Source: Podarcis vaucheri
Taxonomy: Eukaryota
Assembly (NCBI GenBank): GCA_965113315.1
Contig: OZ220366.1
Strand: one strand, 5' to 3'
DNA: 64,000 nt
Positions 50,893 to 64,000 of this stretch are shown here, one piece after another. A program made the translations under genes and the position numbers. A model generated the notes under the pieces. It was given only the letters and a program-made list of their open reading frames with translations. It had not been told where the DNA came from and did not search any database. Within the stretch, counting starts at the first letter, position 1. Every line of letters starts with the position of its first letter.

Positions 50893-51406
50893 TATCCAGG
50901 TAAAAGAAATAGTATACTGAATAACAAGTGTTGGAAGTGTCATAAAGAAGTGTGTATTTCCATTTTTGATGATTTTGTAAGTTTAATAAGCAATAGAAAT
51001 GATTACTTGTAAGAGACCCATATTGGTTTCTCTATTTTATTTTATTTTTACTTTTACTAAAAATGTTTGTCTGGTTCCACCAACTGCAGGGATGTGGGCT
51101 CTGAAAGCTTTCCACTGAAGTAATGTGGCCCACAGTCTGAAAAAAGTTCCCAACCCATCTTACATGATTATAGCTACAAGGCTATATCATCCTAAGCTTT
51201 GGAAAACAGTATCTGTTCTTAATATTGCTGAATATGAAGCTGAATTGTATTGATACACATAATGATGAAATTAACCAAGTACATTAGACTAAAAAATCAA
51301 CAACACAAAGAACATTTTTATTGTCTTATGCCAAATAAGGCATATATTCCAAAGTTATAAATCATATAAATATTCTTTAAAAGGTATAAACTACATATAA
51401 AAGAAT

Positions 51407-51600
51407 GGCGATAGCTCAGTGATAAGAGTACATGCTTTGCATGCAAGAAGTTCCAGATTAAATCCTAGGAATACCCTGTCTGTAACCCTGGGTTGCTGCT
51501 GCCAATAAACAATACTCTGTGAATAATAATACTTAGTAAATAATATTGAATTAGAAAGACAAGTGGTCCAATTCAATATTAGGCAACTTCCTGTGTTCTT
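51407..51600 (+). mobile_element. Degraded tRNA-derived SINE
   Basis: gatagctcagtgataagagtacatgctttgcatgcaagaagttccagattaaatcc tRNA-like head. Confidence 0.5.
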
Positions 51601-52416
51601 TCCATTTGTAAAACTGAATTTGTGATACTGAATGTGTTATTTTATACTAACAATGAAATTGAAATTAAAAAGAAAGACATACTTGTATGATTACATAGCA
51701 TCATTGCATTGAGAGTTCTTAGTGGAGTTGTTAAAAAATAGAGCATTAAATGCTTCCCCATATTATCACTTTGTTAAACAGTAGTTGTTTCGGGACTGGG
51801 GAGGATCCACATCTTCCCCTAAAGTAGTGTTTGTTTGGTAAAGAAAGCTCCTGGAAAAAATGTGACTTGGAGTGCTACATGAAACTCATGAGCATTATGG
51901 AAACATCTCGGATATTTCCTGTGGCAGCAGTAGTGACAAGCAATCCCACTCCAGGGCCGTGCACCATTTGGAAACTTTTAATGTTGAATGTTTCCCCTGC
52001 GTTTTATCAGACTTTGGAGACTGTGTCTGTTTATAGATGTCCACCCCTCATGATGACAAGCACTTTGCTAATGTATATTACTTGCAAACCATGTTATAAA
52101 TAGTTTGTACCATCTCCAGAAGGATTTCTAATTGCACAAATTTCAGATGACAATTTATAAAGCGGCCTCCGAGTCGGTAGTGGTTGGCAGGACTTTGCTC
52201 ACCTACCTCCCCAACAGAGTGTTTCTGCTGGATCCTGAGAGGGGGAGAGGGGAGTCGCAGGGATGCAATGCAAGGTTCCTGCCAGTGCATCTACACTGCA
52301 CAGAGCTTCCCCTGTCTCGCCCTTCCCCCTCTCGGGAACTGGCAGACACACTCAGCGTTGGGGAGGCTGGTGAGCTACCCTGCTCTGCCTGTGCCACCCT
52401 GCTGACCACTTTTGCT

Positions 52417-52418
<2 letters not shown>

Positions 52419-52454
<36 letters not shown>
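52419..52454. repeat. (GT)n microsatellite
   Basis: Read directly. Confidence 0.95.
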
Positions 52455-52456
<2 letters not shown>

Positions 52457-52463
52457 CAGCAAA

Positions 52464-52713
52464 CAGTCATACCTTGGTTTTTGAACAGCTTAGTTATTGA
52501 ACGTTTTGGCTCCCGAACACCGCAAACCCAGAAGTGACTGTTCCGGTTTGCAAACTATTTTTGGAAGTTGAATGTCTGACGGGGTTTCTGCGGCTTCTGA
52601 TTGGCTGCAGGAGCTTCCTGCAGCCAATCAGAAGCCAAGCTTTGGTTTCCAAACGTTTTGGAAGTCGAACGGGCTTCCGGAACGGATTCCGTTCGACTTC
52701 CAAGGTACAACTG
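52464..52713. mobile_element. Tigger-like MITE with an internal 21-bp perfect hairpin
   Basis: CAGTCATACCTTGG...CCAAGGTACAACTG|TA termini. Confidence 0.75.
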
Positions 52714-52829
52714 TAAAGAAATAGTACAATTTGTAATAAAATTAACCATGGCTTCTTACTAGTATTTGTGCTATGTTAGCTACCTCGTGGTAGCATGTTT
52801 ACAGTGTTGTGTTTATTTTATTAATATAG

Positions 52830-52974
52830 CTGGATTATGTATGAGAAACCAGGATTCCTGGGTGATAAATATGTTCTAGAAGAAGGAGAGGAGATGCTGC
52901 ATGATCTGTTGAATCCTCACAGTGAAAAACATCAAAAGAACTTCAGAGTTGGTTCAATCAGACAAGTAGTGAAG
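52830..52974 (+). CDS. CRYBG3: CRYBG3 exon 7 (145 bp)
   Basis: atatag|C TGG ATT ATG TAT...GTG AAG|gtgagt; WIMYEKPGFLGDKYVLEEGE...VGSIRQVVK, a Greek-key motif. Confidence 0.96.
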
Positions 52975-53670
52975 GTGAGTTGTGAGAAACAGATTCTACT
53001 GGCAATGACAGTAGAGTCCATTTCACTCCTCTCTGCTCCTGTCCACCACCATCTGTTAATTCATTTATTTTGGTTTAGGTCACACCCACACCATACGCTT
53101 ATAGTCATGGCTTTCCACCAAAGAATACTGGGGAATGTAGTTTGTTTTAAGGAGGGTGAGAGTTGTTAGGAGACTCCCCACAGAGCAACAGGTCCCAGCA
53201 CCCTTGACAAAAGTACAGTTCCCAGAATTCTTTGGGGGAAGCCATGACTTTGGGGGGAGCATGTTCTGAATGTATGGTGCAGATGGCATCCCTTTTAGAG
53301 AAGACCCAGAACTTCAGATACCTTTCTCAATCTTTCTTAATGCTGCACCTCAGACTTCCCTTTCCATATTGCCCATGTTAGGCATCTGCTAATGCAGTTG
53401 CTTTCATGAAAGTTTGTATTTTATAGTGCTTATTCTCATCACAGTCATATCCAACAGCTCTTTAAAAAATAACCTGGCTGTAGCTCAGGGCACTGAAGCA
53501 ACAGTGGTGCCCCACCATTGTCAGTACTCCTCTCTGCTGTGTACCATTCTTAACCTCCTGTTTGAAGCCCTTTTCATGGAACCATGTTTTACGGGATGTA
53601 AATAAATACAGTCAAGGGATGCACAGCTCATACAGTCATGTTTGTTTTTGTTATCTGATGTGTTCTGCAG

Positions 53671-53804
53671 GATTGCAGTGTTCCTGAGATTGAGCTTTAC
53701 CCACAAGATAGCACAGATCATGCTCCTGTCTGCATCCAGAGTGCAGTTGCTAATTTAGAAGAACTGGAAGTCAAACCACATACTCTTTATGTGAAAGCAG
53801 GAGT
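53671..53804 (+). CDS. CRYBG3: CRYBG3 exon 8 (134 bp)
   Basis: ctgcag|GAT TGC...GGA GT|gtgagt; DCSVPEIELYPQ...AVANLEEL...VKAGV. Confidence 0.95.
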
Positions 53805-54793
53805 GTGAGTGCAGGTTCCATTATATATACATCAGTTTGTGAACCTATAAAAACATGTAAAATGTCAGCAATCAACAGTTGCTAGCTGTTTGTAAGGCGA
53901 AACGAAGAAACAAAATAATGGGGTGTTTCAGAAAGCAGCAGTAATTTCCAATTTATAGCATAGATTATTATTTTGCTTATATTCTCTAGGGGGAAAAACC
54001 CTCATAAATTTAGATTACATTTTAATTTAACAGGGGCTTGCACCCAAACAGGCATTGTCCTGTTTTTAAAATAACTGCTTTCCTAAAGACAATTTCTTTT
54101 GCCATCAGTGTAAGATAAACATATTTGGCTTAAATTAGTTCTGTTTGCTAAAATTTTCCTGTATTCAGTACAACTATGGCTGCACCAAATCTTCATATAG
54201 AATACAATGTGCCACAATATTCAACTAAGCACTCCAAAGTGTTCTTCCCATCAATTCTTTGCATTTGTTTTTTTTTAACCTAGTCATTGCCCCTCTTGAC
54301 AGCTGCCACTGCATCATTTTTCTTTTAAAATGAACATTTTCTGGCAGGAATCACTTTTCCAGCACATATCCACATATCCAATTGGAATTAGCACCACTAT
54401 TATTTTACAAAGTCAGTTCAGAATGAAGGCAATGGGTTTGGGGAAGGAGGAAGTGCTGCGGAAACGTTTGTCTCTATTGGCGGCCTGCCTCCAAATCACT
54501 GAAAGAGGGCATATTTGCAACTTTCAGCTCAGCCTTAAATACAACTGTCATGTTGTCTAAAGCCATTGCTTTCATTATTATTTTTAATATGCTATTTTGT
54601 AAATGCTATTGCTTTATTATTGTTACCGTTAAAAGTAGCACAAATAAAATCTGCCTTGGAATCTTTAGAAGGGGACAACTGGCCTTTGGATTTCGTCAAA
54701 ATTCTCTGTTCTCTTTTTCAGCTATTTGAATTTCTGTGTCAGCACTTCAAGCCATAAAGTAGCCTAACTATACACAGAATCATGGGACTAATA

Positions 54794-55043
54794 CAGTGGT
54801 ACCTCCGTTTTCGAACGTAATCTGTTCAGGAAGACCATTCGAGTTCCGAAATGTTAAAAACCGAAAACTCAAAACGGAAGCCTCAGAACGGAAATCTTAA
54901 TACAGAAAACTCAAAACAGAAGCTGCATTTCCTGTTTGACTTCTAAGGCGCATTTGAAAACCGAAGCATTTATTTCCAGGTTTTCAGCGTTCAAGTTCCG
55001 AAACATTTGTCCATGGAGACGTTCGAATACAGAGGTACCACTG
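54794..55043. mobile_element. Tigger-like MITE, TTCGA family
   Basis: TA|CAGTGGTACCTCCGTTTTCGAACG...CGTTCGAATACAGAGGTACCACTG|TA. Confidence 0.88.
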
Positions 55044-55119
55044 TATATTTCTAAATGGTCAACTATTTACAGCAATTATGCTGCTGAGTGGGTTCCACAT
55101 GGAGAGGAGACAATTAAAA

Positions 55120-55462
55120 GGCAATATGATAGCCATCTTAAAATATATGAAGGGCTATCACATAAATGATGGAGGAGCTTTGTTTGTTTTCTGTTGCTGC
55201 AGAAGATTGAACCTGAAGTAATGGGTTCAACTAGTAAGAAAAATAATTCATACTAAGCAATTAGGATGGGAAATCCTGATGGTATGAGCAGTTTGACCAC
55301 GGAAGAGACTGTTCCAGGAAGAGGTGGACTCTTCTTCATTAGAGGTTTTTAAGCAGAGGCTGGATGGGAACCCTTATGGGATTCTGTACTAGTGAACTTC
55401 CTGCATTGGAAGGGAGTTAGACTGGATGGCATTTAGAGCCCCTTCCAGCTCTCTCATTATGT
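55120..55462 (+). mobile_element. CR1 LINE 3' fragment
   Basis: atatgatagccatctt..atatgaaggg.., gaggtttttaagcagaggctggat and ..ccccttccagctct are typical of the CR1 3' end. Confidence 0.8.
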
Positions 55463-55700
55463 AATTATTTTCTGATGCTAGTAGTCAAAATAGAGCATTG
55501 GGCATTATCCAATGTTTTCAGGGGCAATACACCTCCTGAATACTGAATTAAGCAACAGGACGAGTGTTGTTTTCCTTCATGCTTTTCTTATGGGCTTCCC
55601 AGAGGCATCTGACTAGCCATTGCTGGAGACAGAATGCTGGGCTAGATAATTCTGCTGGATCAGATGAAAGGTTCATTTTTATTAATTAAACTGCACATGA

Positions 55701-55883
<183 letters not shown>

Positions 55884-56847
55884 TAGTAGTTTTTCAACCG
55901 ATTTATACACCAATCCATCCTCTTCTGCAACAATCGTGCATCTAAATCAGAATCTATTCCATGTCTGAGCACCCACATTGACTGAGATCAGCCAGGACAC
56001 AGATCTGATTCAGTACACCATCTTCTGAGTCTTGAAATAAGCAAGAATTAGCCTTTTGGTTAATAATTTCTCTAGATTAGATTTGACATAAGGCATTTTG
56101 TTTGCCTGGTGCTCCTAAAATCAGAACTAGATGAGAATAGACTTATAAAGTATTTATTCAGATTAATCATTTTAAAAGAAAATAAGACTCTAGTACCTAG
56201 TAGTTACTGCAAAGATCTGCGCTATAAAGGATCATAACAGCCTATGTTTGCCTTTAGTGGATGTGATGATAGGTGGAGTTGGAGATAATCTGTTCTTAAC
56301 ATTCCCATTAAGTTTCCAGAAATGAAATGAATGAAATTAGATACGTATAAAGTTGGTTTTGGATTCATAGAAATCTATCTCTTTATATGCCCTATGAACA
56401 TTTTTGCCACTGTCAACAGCCATCTCCCCTCAAAACCTGCCAAAGATAGGAGTCCCTTTTGCAGGAAGTAAAGATGTTCAGGCCATGTGAATACTGTCTT
56501 TCTTCATATCCGCATGTTGAAGAATTCCTAATTCTTCTGGAACAATCAAGCACTCATAAACATGTTTCTTATTTTGGAATCAATATTTAGTGCCCTTTTA
56601 AAAGGCATGTTGATGATATCAACAGTGAGAGGAATAAAAAAGGTTTTATCCACTCTGAGCATGGAGAAGCTCTAATTAATATTCTTTTATTTGTTTCTTT
56701 ATATAAAGGGATTACATACCATCCTTCAGCAAATTTTGAGGGCGATTTGCAATAGCACTTATTCATATTTGCATAGAACTAATGGAACTGAAACATGCAT
56801 TTGGATTTTACATACCTGATCATTTGTTATTTTGTTTTACACTATAG

Positions 56848-56883
56848 GGTGGCCTGAAGGTTCAGATGCCTACGAACATTAAG
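56848..56883 (+). CDS. CRYBG3: CRYBG3 exon 10 (36 bp)
   Basis: ctatag|GGT...AAG|gtaagt; GGLKVQMPTNIK. Confidence 0.93.
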
Positions 56884-57554
56884 GTAAGTATGGATCCTGG
56901 CAACAGTAAACTAATCTGTTTTTAAAGGCCTTCAAGATCATAGAATCCTAGAACTTAAGGGTTGTCACTTATGCCTAACTTTGCTATTCCATTAAAACTA
57001 TGGGATTGAATCTAGAGGTGCCACCCCACAAATGGGAGAGCTTTTTCCATTCACAGATGTGACAGTGAGCTAGCGGAGGCTCCCAGTTGAGAGAGGTTCA
57101 GGGAGATGATTTTTGACATTTTCTTCCTTTCCCTCTGCAGTTCCTGCACCATCTCCCACCCGATTCTAGAGGGGCCCAAAATTTCACAAAGCACAGGAAG
57201 CAACCAAGGGAAGGGGGGGGGATGACAAAAAGTGTATTCCTCCAGTATGCACAAAATTCTGTTCTTGAGAACTCTGGATGAAAGCCATAGAGTTGTAACA
57301 GATCACTAGTCATTCAGTATGATCCCTGGCCAAGCTATTCATACACAAGTTAAACTCAGATTAATTCATGCCACTTCAGATCATTGTGTTCCATAACAGA
57401 ACACATACAGAGCAGATGCACCACAATTAAGGTACCTGGGGTGAAAAAAGCATCAAATGATTGAAACTGGATAAGGATAATTTCATAGACTATACAGAAC
57501 ATAGACCTGGATCTGAAATGTATTTTAAAGGATCGACTATTTCACATTCTGCAG

Positions 57555-57688
57555 ATGATAATATATGAGACCCCATACTTTGGAGGATGGCATAAAGAGC
57601 TTTCTGAAAATACTGATTGTTTTCCAAACCTTTTTGAAAATGCTGATGATTTCCAGGGAATTGGATCAATACGTGTCATTGGTGGAAT
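57555..57688 (+). CDS. CRYBG3: CRYBG3 exon 11 (134 bp)
   Basis: ctgcag|ATG ATA ATA TAT...GGA AT|gtaagt; MIIYETPYFGGWHKELSEN...IGSIRVIGG. Confidence 0.95.
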
Positions 57689-58069
57689 GTAAGTACAATT
57701 TCATTTCCTTTTTAAAATTTCCTTGCAAAGGTTCTCTGTGGCCTACCTGAGGCTCAAAAGTCTCTCATCTGATCTGTTATTCTGCGAGCATAGGAAATCC
57801 GAACTCACCCAGTTAACCCTGTGCCCTGAAACTCATCACAGTAAACATTAACAAATTCATTTTCCATTGAAATTGATGTCACCATCCATTTCTATTTACT
57901 TTGTCATGTGTGTCATTTTATTTAGAACATTTGGTGAACTATCTTTTAAAAAATTACAATCCAGATATGTTTACAACCATGTTTACATTAAAATTGTTTA
58001 ACTTTATAAATAAGAATATGATTAAAACAGTGGATAATAAACCATTTGCTACCTCAACATGAGAAAACA

Positions 58070-58310
58070 CTTGGGTAAATAAAAAATGTAGACTACCTCA
58101 CTGGGGAGAGTGTTCCAGAGATGGATTACCACAGCTGAAAAAGCTCTTTCCACAATTATCATCTAACTCACTTCAGCTCAGAAAGCAGGGGAACCTCCAG
58201 AAGCATCTCTGAGGGGATTTTAGTGACAGGCCTTTAGGTCCTCAAGGACCAAGTAATATAGTGCTTTATAGGTAAGTACCAGCACTTTCAAATTGTGATT
58301 GGAAATGGAT
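58070..58310 (-). mobile_element. Old L2-like fragment
   Basis: gagagtgttccaga..accacagctgaaaaagctct and accagcactttcaaattgtgattggaaa resemble 9045-9085 and 9237-9265. Confidence 0.5.
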
Positions 58311-58569
58311 CAGTAGCCTCTGACCTGTCCACTGGCAAACATTGAATCCCACCCTTAGTATTAGAAGTACAACATATGCCATTCATGAATGAATCGGAAC
58401 AATCAATCTGGCATGTGATATTTATGTACAAAGTAGTAAGTATGGAATGGTAACGTAAATATGAAAAAATGCATCGAAAGGTTGGTATAAATTAATTGAA
58501 TATTAGAATGTAAAACTTAGTATAAAATATAAGGAAAGTTGTTTTAGAAGTAACATAAGCAGAAATTGA

Positions 58570-59073
<504 letters not shown>

Positions 59074-60117
59074 TGAAGGCATACAGATGAATACATACAA
59101 ATACATTATTTTTATAGTTGAATGGGCTTTTGTGCTCGGGAGGGTTGGTTGTGATAATTATAGTTATTTAAGTGATAATTATTTATTCTAGAGTAAATCT
59201 GTAGAAAATCTGTTTCCATTTAACAGTTCTGCAAGTATCTTAACTATAGATTTTTCTGAGACCCAACGGTCACTAAAATGATTTGGGGTGTAATTGTATT
59301 ATTATATCTACTCCTATAACATGAGAGAAAGCTCTAATGTAAGAGGGTTGTTTGTGTTCTACATAACTCTTTTGGAGACAGTTTGACATACCAATTATTC
59401 TTGCAAAGCATGAAAATAGAGTAGTTCCTAGGCTGAACCTGACTCAGATGTTTGAGTTAAGCACCTGTGTGGCAGGGTTGTTGATAACAGTTCTTTTTCT
59501 GTAATGTTAAATGTGGCTGCAATCCCATCATCACTCATTTGGACCTAGATCAGTAACATCTAGTGTACAACTGGCAGGTAAGTAGCTCTGGAATGGTGCC
59601 ATAATTTTTCTTTTCTTTTCTAACCACAGTCTTGAAATTGTGACTGCTGAATTCAAGCAAAGGGAGAGGAGCCCCCTGAATAATAAAGTTCATTGGTCTC
59701 TAGCAGGGGCAAAATTGTTGTAGATATTCAAACACTCATCTTTCACATACTGTATAACTGATTTCATTTAAGAATGAGGCAAACTTGCAATCGGCTGCAG
59801 AACTTTTACATAAAGACTGTGCCAAAGAATGTTAGCGATGTCAAAGAAAAACCAAACACACAAGTTGTATGTTAAGAAACAGCACTGTTAACATTTCATT
59901 GCTCAGGAACAATAATTGCATTTACTACTATTTACTCTGATTAGGGAAATACATTTTAGCTTTGGATAGGGCCATTGTGATGATGAACAGAAAGATATGG
60001 AGTGGAACTTGTTCAAGGAAATTCCGCAGGTCAAGAGTTGTGTGGCAACTGTCCAGATAACCTGATGAAAGATTCTTCTTTCTTTCAAAGCAAAGTCAGC
60101 TCTAAATGTATATGTAA

Positions 60118-60366
<249 letters not shown>

Positions 60367-60406
60367 TAAGTTCTGTTTCAAATCTCGGTAAAGTAAGAAA
60401 TAATTA

Positions 60407-60818
60407 CCATATTTTTCGCTCTGTAAGATGCATCTGACCATAAGACGCACCTAGTTTTAGAGGAGGAGAACAAGAAAAAAAATACTCTCTCCCTCTCTGC
60501 ATAGCGCCCCTTTGCGAAGCAGCAGGAGAAATGGATCCCCTTCTGTTTCTCCTCCCGCTTTGCTGAAGGGGCACTGCGCAGAGTGGGAAAGCTGCGTAGC
60601 GCCTCTCCAGCGAAGCAAAGCCAGGTGAGCAAGAGGGATTGGTGCGCACCAATCCCTCTTGCTCTCCTGGCTTCAGCAAAAGCAACGCGAAGCCTCTCGA
60701 GCGCAGCGTTGCTTTCGCTGAAGCCATGGAGCCTGCATTCGCTCCATAAGACACACACACACATTTCCCCTTACTTTTTAGGAGGGGAAAAGTGCGTCTT
60801 ATAGAGTGAAAAATAAGG
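60407..60818. mobile_element. CCGTATTT-terminus MITE (longer variant) with internal palindromes
   Basis: TA|CCATATTTTTCGCTCTGTAAGA...TCTTATAGAGTGAAAAATAAGG|TA; arms match 6247-6504. Confidence 0.88.
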
Positions 60819-61338
60819 TAACTTGCTTGCATTCCAAATCTTTCTTTTTTTCTCTTTATTTAGTTATCATTCTCTGCTTAACCTGCAAAGTTACCTATAA
60901 GTGATATCAATGGCTACTAGCCACAATGTCTATGTTTGGCCTCCACTGTATGCCAGTTACTGGGAGAATGTGGCCATGCTCAGGTCCTGCTTTCAGGCTT
61001 CCCTTATCTGACTGGCCACTGTGAAAACAGGATGCTGAACTACAGGGGCCCCTGGCCTGATCCAACAGCCTCTTCGTCTTGTGATATATGACTGCAAATA
61101 GAAAGAACTTTTTGGCTTCACCCATAATTATAATTGGCTAATAGAAATGATGTCTTTTCCTGTGGCTTTATAGGCTAACTGGGAAATCTGTCTAGTGTCA
61201 GATAACATTGAATCACAACACATAAATTTTAAATGCTTGTTTTAAATTTATATTTGATGAACAAATGAGGAATGGACAATTCTTTTAGAGCAGTATATGA
61301 ATTACTAGTATATCTGAGTAGCTGCCTCATGAGTTTGA

Positions 61339-61563
<225 letters not shown>

Positions 61564-62223
61564 TAAACCAATGAGACAAATATTTTAAAGCTCTCGTATA
61601 ACAATGTAATAGTGAATTCCATCTACCACACACAGAACTCACACTTCTTGTGGTTTTGAAATTTATTTACAATTTTCCTATCATACTTTGATTTTTGTTG
61701 TTGTTGCAAGTTGTTCTGAGGTGGAATCAAATTTAAGTAGTGTCAAGATGTGCTGTCATGAGGATATTTTTAAGAGAATAATAAATAGTTTGTTTGGGCC
61801 AAAGGTCTTAATAAAAATTATGTTTCCTTCCCCCCAAAAGTGTGCAGTCAATCCATAAGTTGTGTTTGTGTGGGGAGGATTCAGTGTGCATACTCAGCGG
61901 CAAAGGCATATAAAGCCAACCTTGTGGTAAAATCTTCTGCCAATGACTTATAGAAAATCCGTATTTTATCGGACACACACACACAGTTTGAATAAGAAGC
62001 TTTCCCAAGTTTCTGCAGCTTATCTCCTTACAGAGGAGGAAATCAGAACAGAATATGCCATGTACATATTAAGCGTATCTATGAATCCCATTTCATTTTT
62101 GCTAAGTATGCAAGTAGAAAATGAAGTTGAGCCTCCATGATGAATCAACAGTTTCTCAATAATATACTCACATACTCAATGATATACTCATATTTCTATT
62201 TTATATATTTATGCTTTTTATAG

Positions 62224-62256
62224 GAGCCACTAGGAAATCATGAACCCAAACACTGG
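62224..62256 (+). CDS. CRYBG3: CRYBG3 exon 15 (33 bp)
   Basis: ttatag|GAG...TGG|gtaagt; EPLGNHEPKHW. Confidence 0.92.
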
Positions 62257-63348
62257 GTAAGTTCTTGTGAAATCACAATTATTAGCACCATTAATTTTGT
62301 GGGATATTGGGGTTAGATCAAGATTTACCCTTTTGTGAATGGAAGTTGCCCTCTGGAGGAAGCAGGTGTGGCTTTGAAGCCCCCCAACACCACCTCCCAT
62401 GTATTCTAGGATAGCTCCCCTCCCACTGAGAGCAGCTTTTCAGTAGTTAAGCTAAATAGACTGTTTCAAAGGAAGGAAACTCATATTTAACTATTACACA
62501 CACACACACGCGCGCACACAAATAGTGAGTTAAAACTAAACATGAATGGTAATTCCTAATATAAAACTAATCCTGGGTTTATTTTTGCAAGCAATTTCCT
62601 CTTTCTTCTTTTTACTGGAGAGAACTCAACTATTGTCCACTATTTTTTAAATCCCTGGGAAAGCATAACCAGCTGGTTGATTTTCCAGTTTCTCTTGCTC
62701 TTTTGCCCCTAAGGGTTGGTGCCAAGATTTTTTTATTATATTTTTTGCATCCTTACCAAGTTAAGCAAGTTACATGCTTACATCCAAAACTGCGGTGTTG
62801 TCTTGCTCTCTAGCAAGCTTACATAATGTTTTTCAGTTGTACTAATGAGTCCATTCTCAGTTGACTAACATTTCCTAGTCTATCCTACTGGAGCACATCC
62901 TGTGATGGAAGCCTACCACATTTTGTCAATTTCCAGGCCTAACTGGATGGTGTATACTTTTGCTGCCCATTAGGCAGTGTACTAGAAGACTTCACTTTCT
63001 ACCAAAATCTTGATTTAGGCTGCTTAACCTTAATTGCATTTAATTGGGAAAAATTATATTGCATACTGCGCAGCTGTATTCCATAAATACGAACATTGCT
63101 AATAGTTTTCATACAGGCAACTGTTGTATCAACAAGTACATACTTGTTATCAGCAATCTTAGCAGAAATATCAGATCAGTTACAAATCAGTCATAATGCT
63201 ATAGGGAAAATAACATGTTTTAAGTACAACTTTTTCTTTTTAAAACTTCAGAATGATAAAACACTGCTTCTCTGTGACTACTTATCGTAATATATACATT
63301 TGTTTTCTAGTTTATGCATTTATGTGTTGAAAACATTTTTTTTAATAG

Positions 63349-63458
63349 CTTAAAGCTTTCAGCGGCACACATTTCAAGGGATCGTATATAGATGTTACAA
63401 GAGAAGTTGCTGGTTTTGCATCATTTACACCTTGTTCTTTTAAGGTTCTTCGGGGATG
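63349..63458 (+). CDS. CRYBG3: CRYBG3 exon 16 (110 bp)
   Basis: taatag|CTT AAA GCT TTC...GGA TG|gtgagt; LKAFSGTHFKG...PCSFKVLRGC. Confidence 0.95.
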
Positions 63459-63888
63459 GTGAGTTGATCTATTCACAATTTTTAAAGCAACTTGGAAAAC
63501 AATTTCAATCTATTTTATTTACACCTTAAAAGTGAGAGAATTTTCAAGGCAGTTTACAAAAAAAATGGTGATAATGCTTTAATTATAATATTTGTTTATA
63601 AGCTGTCTTGAAAATTATCTCTCTTTTAAGCTGTTAACTTTTCAGTAAGGGCATTATATAGTTGCTAAAGCCTACAGTCAGATTTGTGCCATGCTTAGAA
63701 ATAGGCCCCTAATTTCATGACTGCTAGTATCAAACTTACGCTGTATGCATTTATTTTGTGTTTAGTTGTAAGTCCCTAGAATGAAATCAGTGTGTGTTGA
63801 AAAAATTGTCTTCTGTTGATATTTTATTTGGAGAAAAACATAATAACCTATTACGACAGCTGACCTTTTCTTGGATTTATCCTTCTAG

Positions 63889-64000
63889 TTGGTTGCTGCA
63901 TTACCAGGGGGAAACTGCTGAGGATCAGTGTGTGCTGGAAGAAGACCTCTACCCTGACCTTACTTCCTGTGGTTGTCCAGCAGCTGCAGTCAAGTCCCTT
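63889..64000 (+). CDS. CRYBG3: CRYBG3 exon 17 (truncated by window end)
   Basis: ttctag|T TGG TTG CTG CAT TAC...; WLLHYQGETAEDQCVLEEDLYPDLTSCGCPAAAVKSL. Confidence 0.95.

Overview
Vertebrate nuclear DNA, very probably from a lacertid lizard (inferred from a Podarcis-type Sauria SINE, Squam3-like SINEs and a young L2 LINE). Two + strand genes lie in the same order as in human. The first is the 3' end of ARL6/BBS3: two internal exons, a 13-nt frame-shifting microexon matching the vision-specific BBS3L isoform, and a dual-frame terminal exon. The second is CRYBG3 (very large A-kinase anchor protein), from its CpG-island first exon (ATG 16380) through exon 17, which runs off the window end. All 17 exons were reconstructed by hand with GT-AG boundaries and compatible phases, including a 4,774-bp exon 4. 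Introns and the intergenic spacer carry many TA-flanked Tc1/mariner-pogo (Tigger-like) MITEs, hAT MITEs, SINEs, L2 and CR1 fragments and microsatellites. Most notable: the ARL6 microexon; twin AKAP helices plus an LxxIxE (PP2A-B56-type) motif in CRYBG3; a hairpin-rich 90-bp tandem array inside a MITE; and a composite tRNA-Gly/tRNA-Lys/CR1-tail element. No prokaryotic-type system (CRISPR etc.) is present. Homology calls rest on recalled human protein sequences and repeat consensuses, not on searches.
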